A stretch of DNA of 64,000 nucleotides from a virus (lineage: Duplodnaviria > Caudoviricetes), in the IMG/VR virus record IMGVR_UViG_3300014205_000204, positions 20,485 through 84,484 of that record, one strand, 5' to 3'. The notes under the pieces are model-generated. The model had not been told where the DNA came from, made no database searches, and saw only the letters and a list, made by a program, of their open reading frames with translations. This document shows positions 19,601 through 28,340 of this stretch, in pieces (position 1 is the stretch's first letter; each line of letters opens with the position of its first letter). Position numbers and translations under genes: made by a program.

Positions 19601-20542
19601 GTGGAGTCATTAAGGGACGAGGGATATTCTAACGTGACTGCCGATGAGGCAAGGAAGATAGCGGAATTCCCTGTAGGCGAGAGACGGGAGGCGTATGAGA
19701 GCCTCAAGTACCAGAAGGACCTCAAGAGGGCATCCGCCGAGATGTCTTCCTACGACGTCACGGGTGCTGCCGCGTTCGCGGTGGTCCCAAGGCCGTCTGA
19801 GGGAAGCTATTGGATAGAGATGCGTGCCGCGCTTGACCAGCTGGAAGTGGCGTTAGCATCTGAAATAAACCCCATTGACAGGAATGCCGTCATGAGGGCT
19901 ACCAACCAGGTGGACAGGCTCGCCGAGATCTCCAAGATAGTCAGGAAGAAGGCCAAAGACATGGAGATCGACGCCAGGGAGCGCCTGACGAGACTGGCCG
20001 ACGACATGGATGCCGAAGTCGAGATCAATAGGGAATACGAGAGGATGCGCCTGGATCGCCTTGAAAAAGGAGAGGCTTCCAGCAGGGAAGCCGAGTATTT
20101 CCTGATCACCGGCAACGTCAGGGCCATGGCCGACAGGTGGGAGAACCTGGCCTTCAGGGACTTCAACGAGATGGTGGCGGGGGCAGTCAAGTCCAGGCGC
20201 ATTACTGGCAGGGAGGCAACGGCCCTAAGGGGATACCAGAAGGCCAAGGTCAGGGAGACGCGCGATGCCGTATCCAGGATAGGCATCGATGAGATGAAGG
20301 TCGCCATATCAACCGATGCCGGATTGGGCAAGAAGTTCAAGAGGCACGCGAATGCCGCGTTGGGGGAAAAATGGAGAGACGACATGCTCTTGGATCCTGA
20401 CCTGTCAAATACCGAAAGGATCCTGCTGTTAGAGCTCCGCAAGAAAGTCCTTGACGATCCCATGCAGAGGGAACTCGACATCGAGAACGAAAGGGCAAGA
20501 AACGCAGGGTGCACTTACGGTCCCGCTGCGATCATCAACTAG
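16664..20542 (+). CDS. large virion protein (1292 aa) with N-terminal HNH-like motif
   Basis: ELEHAVPVWLGGTSELPNLVNMSKSGHEKKT at about 16982-17075; hydrophobic central region. Confidence 0.65.
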   Translation: MKMTFEQSVRMRNLLSGRKFQTPLAEPPVDVPLAKTKERRTKPTGPFDVPDQPWEVKGDDKSMTYNVQSGMPGSFTPSPPNTVVPSIRPSQGFKKIVKPYNRGSGTELEHAVPVWLGGTSELPNLVNMSKSGHEKKTAVEAVGWTLWNAQLQDPEKFGKMIKDEIGYEISIPELRAKSIVMSNDPNTFDVSGLFSKGYDSSMIYDLPGKTTEDQVELAIKTWKKWHRPLSERTTWEKVKEAAHAFWLIMPGRDLLGDMSKTDRDVLDDVKSTVSGWTEDKFGDNIVSSTAKGVVSGATLGSVAPELSEFEEEHPLQMLAGRTAGELVGSSAYFHFGGKLLGKAVSPLFKIADKAKKVSGLAATGEKLKWYVNALDDLSGNADKLVTLVMKDLNKAEKALSLARKAQHVVTTMGTFAFVGQAYAVDDRLPEIEARYNRLKLDTALGLVQVALPGGFLRGGYGTKPTGAETGLLGTPKGSSIIGRLNPWNSEAASGLAGMNLTGRANALGLSFMGNSVAEFMLSDANAMEAMQSALVMTAMHGLGTVSRTPDASLVVRSRAIELIRARTPRSYESLVTGKSSPDSFRVESTAELVSSYEAAGMTPEASAELLSGRVAAEWEVAYRLHPTDEAARNQYMSERYVTILREEISRSGMAAVTGKADADAAYSSVVDAVEAPQDTNRAIVELEAAKTMPTEEAKSLGLVSGDGKLNLSVRYFAERDTTGSLVIKAVRDDGTTFPVNRLTGRAAQDFNEATGSAKITEVLPIRFSDESGKTTISVAPTEESISKIIPLNDAYDVAVSSLKELRGQPDIPVTDFSRIDVLNDLSLSGLNKTTANELSNAISTLYRTSVGNDPAAFQKAIANVHAKAGVEVPWYYKTAKYVANRDANRVIGEVMAAVGKQGTKTSPIRAEYIRSVARMATSRPPADGGAKATGEVISSATKAVKAVTRGAKFDNAMDTDLSYGFQDRKSDITERSRAIVESLRDEGYSNVTADEARKIAEFPVGERREAYESLKYQKDLKRASAEMSSYDVTGAAAFAVVPRPSEGSYWIEMRAALDQLEVALASEINPIDRNAVMRATNQVDRLAEISKIVRKKAKDMEIDARERLTRLADDMDAEVEINREYERMRLDRLEKGEASSREAEYFLITGNVRAMADRWENLAFRDFNEMVAGAVKSRRITGREATALRGYQKAKVRETRDAVSRIGIDEMKVAISTDAGLGKKFKRHANAALGEKWRDDMLLDPDLSNTERILLLELRKKVLDDPMQRELDIENERARNAGCTYGPAAIIN

Positions 20543-20548
20543 AGTGAT

Positions 20549-23500
20549 ATGCCAAAAATAGAATGTCCAGAGATCCTGGGAAACATCAGGGAGATATCGG
20601 AACGTAACGCCAAGGAGAAGGATAAGTTAGACGCGATAATGGGCGATCTGCTTGGTTTTGACGTACCCAAGGCACGGGCCGGGGGTAACGAAAGGCCAAC
20701 CGTAAGGATGGTTCCCCTACCGGCGGATGACATCGCCAGCTTACCTGACGTCGGCAAGAAGATTGCCGACGTGGTTTCAGATAACAGGAATACGAAAACC
20801 CTTCCGGAAGTGATCAGCGAGATCCCCAAGGATAAGGCCTACCTCTATGACGCCGTCCCGAAGGGACATTCCGTCACGGTGACTGATCCGGTCACGGGGG
20901 AAAAACGGCCGGAGACGGTACTGTACGGCGAGGAGGTCATGAAGGACGCGGCAACCATCATCGCCGAGGGATCCAAGTCCGGAAAGTCCATCAAGGAGAT
21001 CGATGACGGGGTTATGGGCATGATCTACAAGACCTATCCGGAGACTGTCCCACAGTACCTTTCCCAGAAGTTCGGCATCGCCCGGGCAAGTTCAGACCGC
21101 TTGACTGCCGAGTTCCTGAGCAGGTCGTTCGCCACCGTAGCCCCTGAGAGGGTGACGGCCATGATGAACGGCGGAGTCGTAAAAGGAGAGTTCAATTATC
21201 ATGAGCTTCATGCGCTCAACGATTCCCAGCTCAACAATGTCGCCCAGCAGCTGAGCACGGAGATGACCAGACTGCTCTCGGAGATAGGAACCCTTAGGAA
21301 CATCGCCGAAAAGGCCAAGTCAGGAAGCAGGGGCGGGACCAGGGGAATCAGCAAGGCCAATGTGCTCGAGGCCAAGTTACCGCCAGAACTCCTTGACGCC
21401 CTTGATCCGGGTCAGAGAAGCAGGTATCACGTGGCGTACAACAGGCTGATGAAAAACAGCGGAGGAAAAAAAGGCGTAGGCAGGTCAATCATGGAGGTCG
21501 TAAAGGCCAAGAACCTTTTGGATTCTAAAACATCCTCGTTCAGGGACTTGGGCATATCCTCATCCATTGAACATCCGATCTACAACCCCGATGAGGCGCT
21601 TGCCAGCATGGCGAGATCATTTGGCGAGTTCGATTACCTGGGAGCCAGGCTGAGAAAGGCCATCGACGACGGGCATCCTGCCGTGACCGAGTTCCTCGAC
21701 CCTGAATCAGGCATGACGCCAAACCAGTTGCTTGAGCAGATAGACAAGACCGACAAGGTCAGGATAACCCAGGCGATGGAGTCGGCCCCATCCGTGGAGA
21801 TAAACGCCAGGAACATCGCCAGCAGAAGGGCAGGGAATGTCACCACCGAGAAGATGGCGGTTGGCAAGACGGCTGAGGGCCCGAAGAAGACTGCCCCGCA
21901 AAAAGCCTCCCTAAAGGACTACTTTACCGGTGATGAGATCGAGGAGTTCAGGGTTTCAGTCGAGAATCGCGTAGCCGTCATGCCTAAGGATACCCTCATG
22001 AAGACCCACCTCATGGAGATGGAACTTAACGAGATGGAGAACGCGTTTTTCGACCGCGTCAAGAACAGGCTGTACAACTCTAGGCGAAATTACGGTGGAA
22101 AGAAAAAGTCGACGGCATCTTCTCAAGTCACGATAAACCCCTTCGACCTGGTCGACCTTCGCTTCGAGCTGAGGAAGGTCGCGGCCGATACGATCGACAA
22201 GGCAACAGGCCCCGGGTTCGTCGAGAGCGAGCAGGCCAACAGGCTCTCGTCCATGCTGAGGGAAGTCATAACGCCGAAGCAGATGAAGGAGACCCTCGAC
22301 AGGTACATCAGTACCGTAAACCCAGACCTCGAGACCGTGGCCGCTTACAGGGTATTCGAGAGGATGTATGACTCTGGGGAGATAACAGGCACCAGGAGAG
22401 AGTGGGAGGACATAGTGAACCTCCAGAAACCGGGAGCCTATCCCATCCAGTCCGACAGGGTGCTGATGAGCACCCTCCCGAAGGAAACGAGGGACATGTT
22501 CGATGACATCTACGCTAGGGTAGGACGGTTCGAGAGCGGCTACACGATCACCGAGGATGGGATAAGGAAGAGGTACCGCACTGAAGTTGACGGCAAGCCA
22601 GAACCGATCGTCGCCAGGAAGGTCAGCCGAGCCCTTTCAGAGCTGATACTCAACAACAGGATCACCACCGACTTCAAGGCCAAGTGGGTCACCCCGAACC
22701 CTGAAGGCCAGTACCTGAGCAACGATCTCGTGCGCCTTTACCTGAACGCCAAGAGGGGCCAGGCAGGCAGCGAGAGGCTCGTCGATTACGGTGGCACTAC
22801 CATTGACGTCGGCCACGGCAAGGTAACCGACAAGAGGAACTGGTCAAAGAGGGAAGATACCTACGAGACCGAGGCGGCCTTCACCGTCAACGGCAGTGAC
22901 ATCACGGCGACGTTCACTGGCATCGGCGGGGAGAGGGTAACGAGCAATTTCAGGCTTGACTTCAGGGAGGCCATCGACAAGGTGATCGTGACATACGACC
23001 CTGCAGGTAAGTACCACGTCACCGCATACCGCGAGATTCCCGGGGGGTCGCGCAGGAAGAGCCTGTACGATTCGCTCAGCGCCGACGAGTGGGAGGACAG
23101 GTGGGATTACCTCAAGGCTGATGACGATGTCGCGATCGCCGACGTCACAAGGAAAATTGACGAGAGCGGGAAGGTCGTCACCTCCGAGGGATGGCTATCC
23201 CGCATCCTGAACAAAAAGGCCCTGGTCAACGACGGTATAGACAAGAGGACGGCAGCGATTTTTGCAAGGCGGGCGCTCCGGTCCGTAACAGACGAGAAGG
23301 TCATGTCAAAGCCCATAGTCGAGCAGATGACGCTGTTCAACAACGGATTGTACGAGAGAGGCTTCAGGCTGCCGGATGAATTGCCGAACGAGCCGGAATG
23401 GCTGACTAACCTCAGGGCGATAAGGAAGGTTATCGGAGACCGCGAGACTTACATGACCCAAGAGCCTGACCCGACACAACCTACGTCGTTCGGGCCGAAC

Positions 23501-26500
23501 GACACGAAAGTCAACGTAAGGAACCTGTTCGAGAGGCTTAAGCCCAAGGTTCAGGAAGAGGTCAGGTCCCTTCGTCTTGCCCATGAGAAGGGGTACCTTG
23601 CCGAGGACACTCCAATTACCTTAGCCATAGGTGAAGCCGTCAAGGCGACTGAGGGGAAGGAACTTGGGGTCATAAGGGATGCCATCCGGCAGGCCATCGA
23701 GAAGGCCGAACCGGACCATGCTGAAAACGTCCGTGTAGTGACCATGCAGGCCCTTCTTGAGGGTAAATCGATAGATCACGTTGCGAAGGTCGCGAGGGAA
23801 GGGTATAAGGTCAAGCTGGATAACGAGATCGAGAAGTACATGCAGTACGGTGACGATGCGTACCTGTCGGACAAGTCACGCGAGTATGTCGAGGATTACC
23901 GCAATTACTTCAGCAAGGAGGCCCTGTCGGAGATTGGGGCCGTCCAACGGGCAGACGCGGAGGATGGCGATGCCGGTTCAGCCGCAAGCGACAGGACGCT
24001 CTCGAGATACGAGGAAGCAGCGAGCAGGGGAGTCGAGATCGAGACCGTCAATGATGAGGGCAAGCCCTCCGGAGCTATCGGCATGAACGTGATCGACGGG
24101 GAATCCACGATGTTCAGTGGGGAGACCAGCCTGGTCGATACCTATTTCATTGATACCGTCCCCGGGCTTAGGAAATGGCTGGACGGAAACAACATGGTAG
24201 CGGAAGCGGAAGGCAGGGCCATGTCGAAACTCGAGGACACGATCGCCTCCAGGATAACCGGTGATGACAGCATGATCAGGCTCGATGAGGCCTTGACCCG
24301 GGCAGATACCGAATCCAGCCTTGAGGCTCGCGCTGAAAAGTGGAACGAGGGAATGAAGCCGATGGACAGGGCCAGCAGGGAACTGGACGATAACCCGGCT
24401 CATCCGCTCCGGATGCTTTCCGGCAATTCCGGCATGTTCTCCCGTGAAGTGGCAGCATCCGACGCGAGAGTCGCGATAAGAGAATCCACCGGGGAAACGC
24501 AGGATTACGCCAACGTGAACATCATAGAGAGAATGATGTCAGAGATGGAACCGCCCCTCGGAGCGGACATGAAACCGCTGGTCATGCCTCTTGATGGAAT
24601 GCGTCCAGACTATTACGCGACAGCCATCAGTTCCCCGGGGGAGCACGGCCTGACGCAGCTGCTCATGACAGGTGAGGGACGTGAATGGTCAGCCAGGGTC
24701 ATGAGGTGGAAGCCGCTTGCCGACGTGTTCTACCCTGAGTTCAGGGTAGCTAGGCTGAAGAACGCCCGAGACCCATTCGACAGTGCCGTGCGCACGATTT
24801 CCGAATACTTGTACGGCGGCAAGGGCATCGAGAACATGGGGAGGGATGTTATAAAAAGGGAAAACGGTGAGGAAGCAGTCTCGACGAAGCCCGACAACGT
24901 ATCTGGGCTGCTGGACGATGCCATCGCATCTGCCGTGATCTACGGCGTGAAGAAAGGCATGGTTGACGGCAGGTATATGGTCACCCTTGACGAGTCAAAC
25001 GGCGGCAGGTTCCTCAAGGAGTCTGACTTCGGCAGGGACGGGATCATAAGGAAGTCTGCCGTGATGCCTGAAACTCTACGGGAGAAGGCTGACAGCCATG
25101 GGGCTGCCAATCCGGAGTGGCTGGCAAGCCTGAACGATTCCATTGCCTCTGGGGACATGGCGAAGGCGTATGACCTGCTCATCTCCGCTCCGTTTGGCAA
25201 GACGCCTGTTGAGGTTGCCTGGATGCGTGATGCCGAGCGGCTTTCCGGCCTGGTTAAGCTTGTCGTTAATGCGGACAGAGCGGGCATCAACCCAACGGAT
25301 CTTTTCCTCAAGGCTACCGAGCTGGGCGAGAGAAGGGCAAGGCTGTTCGGAGACGAAGCGACACGGCTAGAGGACACAAGCTACAGCAGGGAGAAGTCGT
25401 CAGAATGGCGTGCCAAGCTGTTGGACATCAGGAAAGGGGAGGGCAGCGGGCCGCGACAAGATAGTCAAAGCGTTTTACTAAAGGCAACCGAAGAGCAAAA
25501 GAAACTCGCTATAGACCTTGATCGACACCTTGATGGCGAAGTGACGCTCAAAGACGAGGAAATCTCCAGGATACGCTCCAGGATGGACGAGCTCCAGAGG
25601 GAAATCGATACCGAGATGGACAGGAGAGGGGCAGGGAAGGGTCTCGGAGTCAAGGCGACACGGCTAGAGAGCGTAAGATCCAGCGGGGAGAAGCCGTCAG
25701 AGCGGCCCGCCAATCAACCGGAAGAGAGCCTTAGAGACGTGATAAGCCTTGCCCTCGATGTCAGCGACGGGAACGAGGCTGCAGCGAAAAACCTCGTTGA
25801 TGCCGTCAGAGGACGTCCGGAGATGACAAGGGAGGCTGACAAAGTCCTCAGGGACATGTCAGATGCCCTCGAGAAGGACATCTCCCGCATGAGGAATGCC
25901 GGGGAGGACGGTGAGGCTGCCCGCCTCGCCAAGGTGAAGGATACCGTAGACGGAACCAACGACACGATAAGGAGGCCGTTCGTCGAAAGCCTGCCCAAGG
26001 GCACGAAGGTCAGGTACCCGACTAAAGAGAATAAACTGAAGGTCGAGAACATCTCCGACAGGATCATCGAGACGACTGGCGAGGCCACGGTGGCGTCTCC
26101 TGAGGTCATCGAGGCCCAGAACGCGGGAACGGTCAAGGCGAGGGTCGCCGCGACCGTCAGCCAAGTGAAGGCCCATAAGGTCAACTTCCCTAAGGAGTAC
26201 GCCGTCGTCGACATCGAGACGAACGCCAGGAAGATGGATGACCCCGACGCCAAGATCAAGCAGATCGGCGGCGTCGTGGTGAAGGACGGGAAGGAGGTCA
26301 GGAGGTTCGACTTTCGGATAGACGAGGAACTTGCCGGCACTGACCGCAGCAACCGGATGGCGGAAGTCCTGGACGGTTTCGAGAAGGAGACGTCGGGGCT
26401 CCCCGTCGTCGGCCACAACTTCTTCCGTTTCGATGCCCCGTTCATCGCCATGGAAGCCAAGAGGATCGGCAGGGCCGCCCCGAAGGAGATAACCGATCCC

Positions 26501-26920
26501 GACAACATCTATGACACAGGGTTCCTTTACCTGGGTCTGAAGGAGGGTGTCTACAAGGACGACGTAATGTCCTTGGGCGACTTCTACAACCTGATGGGCA
26601 GCAACAGGTCCGGTAACTGGGCGCTGCAGCATCTTAAGGATCACCTGCTCACCAGGCTGGGCCACATGACTGCCGAGGAGGGGACGGCCCTCGAGGCCCA
26701 TGAGGCCGTGGGAGATTCCATCGTAACGTGGAAGCTCCTCCAGTTCCTTGAGGCCGAGAACGCCAAGAGGTCCGCGGGGGAGAAGGGCACGGACCTGGAA
26801 GAGGTGACCAGGCTCATCCAGGAGGCTAAGGCCGGCGAGGAGGCTGAGGCCAGGAGAAAGAGGGGCGAAGATGTCTTCGCGTCTTTCGCCAGGATGGTCA
26901 GGGAAAAGGCAGGAGAATAG
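20549..26920 (+). CDS. giant virion protein (2123 aa) with C-terminal DEDDh 3'-5' exonuclease domain
   Basis: YAVVDIET (ExoI), VGHNFFRFD (ExoII), AHEAVGD (ExoIII) at about 26195-26750. Confidence 0.75.
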   Translation: MPKIECPEILGNIREISERNAKEKDKLDAIMGDLLGFDVPKARAGGNERPTVRMVPLPADDIASLPDVGKKIADVVSDNRNTKTLPEVISEIPKDKAYLYDAVPKGHSVTVTDPVTGEKRPETVLYGEEVMKDAATIIAEGSKSGKSIKEIDDGVMGMIYKTYPETVPQYLSQKFGIARASSDRLTAEFLSRSFATVAPERVTAMMNGGVVKGEFNYHELHALNDSQLNNVAQQLSTEMTRLLSEIGTLRNIAEKAKSGSRGGTRGISKANVLEAKLPPELLDALDPGQRSRYHVAYNRLMKNSGGKKGVGRSIMEVVKAKNLLDSKTSSFRDLGISSSIEHPIYNPDEALASMARSFGEFDYLGARLRKAIDDGHPAVTEFLDPESGMTPNQLLEQIDKTDKVRITQAMESAPSVEINARNIASRRAGNVTTEKMAVGKTAEGPKKTAPQKASLKDYFTGDEIEEFRVSVENRVAVMPKDTLMKTHLMEMELNEMENAFFDRVKNRLYNSRRNYGGKKKSTASSQVTINPFDLVDLRFELRKVAADTIDKATGPGFVESEQANRLSSMLREVITPKQMKETLDRYISTVNPDLETVAAYRVFERMYDSGEITGTRREWEDIVNLQKPGAYPIQSDRVLMSTLPKETRDMFDDIYARVGRFESGYTITEDGIRKRYRTEVDGKPEPIVARKVSRALSELILNNRITTDFKAKWVTPNPEGQYLSNDLVRLYLNAKRGQAGSERLVDYGGTTIDVGHGKVTDKRNWSKREDTYETEAAFTVNGSDITATFTGIGGERVTSNFRLDFREAIDKVIVTYDPAGKYHVTAYREIPGGSRRKSLYDSLSADEWEDRWDYLKADDDVAIADVTRKIDESGKVVTSEGWLSRILNKKALVNDGIDKRTAAIFARRALRSVTDEKVMSKPIVEQMTLFNNGLYERGFRLPDELPNEPEWLTNLRAIRKVIGDRETYMTQEPDPTQPTSFGPNDTKVNVRNLFERLKPKVQEEVRSLRLAHEKGYLAEDTPITLAIGEAVKATEGKELGVIRDAIRQAIEKAEPDHAENVRVVTMQALLEGKSIDHVAKVAREGYKVKLDNEIEKYMQYGDDAYLSDKSREYVEDYRNYFSKEALSEIGAVQRADAEDGDAGSAASDRTLSRYEEAASRGVEIETVNDEGKPSGAIGMNVIDGESTMFSGETSLVDTYFIDTVPGLRKWLDGNNMVAEAEGRAMSKLEDTIASRITGDDSMIRLDEALTRADTESSLEARAEKWNEGMKPMDRASRELDDNPAHPLRMLSGNSGMFSREVAASDARVAIRESTGETQDYANVNIIERMMSEMEPPLGADMKPLVMPLDGMRPDYYATAISSPGEHGLTQLLMTGEGREWSARVMRWKPLADVFYPEFRVARLKNARDPFDSAVRTISEYLYGGKGIENMGRDVIKRENGEEAVSTKPDNVSGLLDDAIASAVIYGVKKGMVDGRYMVTLDESNGGRFLKESDFGRDGIIRKSAVMPETLREKADSHGAANPEWLASLNDSIASGDMAKAYDLLISAPFGKTPVEVAWMRDAERLSGLVKLVVNADRAGINPTDLFLKATELGERRARLFGDEATRLEDTSYSREKSSEWRAKLLDIRKGEGSGPRQDSQSVLLKATEEQKKLAIDLDRHLDGEVTLKDEEISRIRSRMDELQREIDTEMDRRGAGKGLGVKATRLESVRSSGEKPSERPANQPEESLRDVISLALDVSDGNEAAAKNLVDAVRGRPEMTREADKVLRDMSDALEKDISRMRNAGEDGEAARLAKVKDTVDGTNDTIRRPFVESLPKGTKVRYPTKENKLKVENISDRIIETTGEATVASPEVIEAQNAGTVKARVAATVSQVKAHKVNFPKEYAVVDIETNARKMDDPDAKIKQIGGVVVKDGKEVRRFDFRIDEELAGTDRSNRMAEVLDGFEKETSGLPVVGHNFFRFDAPFIAMEAKRIGRAAPKEITDPDNIYDTGFLYLGLKEGVYKDDVMSLGDFYNLMGSNRSGNWALQHLKDHLLTRLGHMTAEEGTALEAHEAVGDSIVTWKLLQFLEAENAKRSAGEKGTDLEEVTRLIQEAKAGEEAEARRKRGEDVFASFARMVREKAGE

Positions 26921-26926
26921 CAAATC

Positions 26927-26971
26927 AAAAAAGCGCGTGACCCATAAGCCTCTTGGGTCCGCGCTTTTTTT
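26927..26971. terminator. bidirectional intrinsic terminator between convergent arms
   Basis: AAAAAAGCGCG-TGACCCA...TGGGTC-CGCGCTTTTTTT. Confidence 0.85.
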
Positions 26972-26976
26972 AATCG

Positions 26977-28035
26977 CTATTTTTTCTTCGTGGCGTTGCC
27001 CTTCTTGGCTTGGGCGGGTGCGTCCCCATTCTGCGGAGCGTTGACTTCCTTGATGAAGGCCATCTCCGCATCGTAGATCTTCTTCCTGAGCTCGGCGTTC
27101 TCCTTGACTGCGGTGATCGCGGCTTCCCTGCCTATCGCTATCCTCTCGTCGCCGAAGTAATAGCTTGTCCCCCTCATCGTGACCACCCCATCCTCGAGCG
27201 CGGCGTCGATCATCTCCATGGCCATGTTGAAACCCCCCTTGAACATCATCTCCGTCTCGTACGTCCTGTAGGGCGTGGAGCACTTGTTCTTGGTGTTCTT
27301 GAGGGCGATCCTGATGCCGACCTTCTCCTGCCCGCTCTTGATGTCTTCCTTCTTCCTGCACTCTATCCTGATCGAGCTGTAGAACTCGATGGCCTTTCCT
27401 CCGCTCGTGACCGTCTTCGGCCCGTACATGGACATGGTGTCGCGGAGCTGGTTGATCGCGAGGATCGTCGTGCCGGTACGGGCCATCAGCTGGATCGCCC
27501 TTCGCGCCCACTTGGAGACCAGACGCGCGCGAAGCGCCATGCTGTCCTTGCCCAGGTCCTCGTCGAACTCCTTCTGGGAGACGAGCGCGTCGATCGAGTC
27601 GATGACGATGAGGTCGATCGCGCCGGACTCGATCAGCTCGTTCACCGCGTCAAGGGCCGTCTCCCCTATCTCCGGGGAAAGGAACACCAGGCCCTTCGTG
27701 TCCAGTCCCACGTTGCGGGCGTACCGGGAGTCGAACGACTTCTCCATGTCGACGAGCGCGACCGTGCCGCCGCTCTTCTGGATCGACGCCGCTATCCACG
27801 AGCAGAGGACGCTCTTGCCGCCGGATGGCAGGCCGGCGACCTCGATGAGCTTGCCCTTCGGCAGCCCGCCTCCGGCCATCCTGGCGAAGCCGACGGACTC
27901 GATGTCCATCCAGGTCGGAACGACCTCCTCGCCCTCCTCGAGTATGGACGCGAAGTCGTCTTCCTTGTTGATCTTCCCCAGCGCGCTCATGAGGGCCCGC
28001 TTCCTTTCCTCAGGAGTCATTTCTTCTTTTTGCAT
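26977..28035 (-). CDS. recA: RecA/UvsX-like recombinase
   Basis: GGGLPKGKLIEVAGLPSGGKS, LIVIDSIDALV, INQLRD, TSGGKAIEFYSSIRIE. Confidence 0.95.
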   Translation of the reverse strand: MQKEEMTPEERKRALMSALGKINKEDDFASILEEGEEVVPTWMDIESVGFARMAGGGLPKGKLIEVAGLPSGGKSVLCSWIAASIQKSGGTVALVDMEKSFDSRYARNVGLDTKGLVFLSPEIGETALDAVNELIESGAIDLIVIDSIDALVSQKEFDEDLGKDSMALRARLVSKWARRAIQLMARTGTTILAINQLRDTMSMYGPKTVTSGGKAIEFYSSIRIECRKKEDIKSGQEKVGIRIALKNTKNKCSTPYRTYETEMMFKGGFNMAMEMIDAALEDGVVTMRGTSYYFGDERIAIGREAAITAVKENAELRKKIYDAEMAFIKEVNAPQNGDAPAQAKKGNATKKK

Positions 28036-28340
28036 GTTTTCTTTCGTTTATTTTTCCTCTCCCCGAAGAACTGGTAGGTTCCGGTGTCCCTGACCTCCCT
28101 CATGCCTTTCCTGTGCGTCCACTTCGTGCCGTCGCAGTTGCTCGCGCAGACGACCTCCCGTGGGTACGCGAGCTCCAGCTCCTTCTTGCCTACCTGGAAC
28201 GACTTGAGGACAGTCGCGGCCCCGCAGACGGCGCATGGGCTGTCCAGTAGCCCCTGTATCCGCTCTTCGTATACGGCGACCCTGTGGTCCCGGTCAAGGA
28301 AGTTCGGAGTGATTCCGTTGTTTTGCATAAAACTTTTCAC
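28017..28340 (-). CDS. hypothetical Zn-binding protein
   Basis: CAVC and CASNC motifs; coupled to primase-helicase stop. Confidence 0.55.
   Translation of the reverse strand: MKSFMQNNGITPNFLDRDHRVAVYEERIQGLLDSPCAVCGAATVLKSFQVGKKELELAYPREVVCASNCDGTKWTHRKGMREVRDTGTYQFFGERKNKRKKTCKKKK

Noticed and set aside
16664-26920. Virion RNA polymerase (N4- or crAss-like) suggested by size
   Set aside because: No DxDxD/DFDGD-type or T7-like polymerase motifs were recognised; a structure search would be needed to exclude it fully.
25859-28093. Long antisense ORFs (25859..27511 -, 27010..28077 +, 27389..28093 +) and similar shadow ORFs throughout
   Set aside because: They overlap well-supported genes and are expected from high-GC3 codon bias; no motifs.
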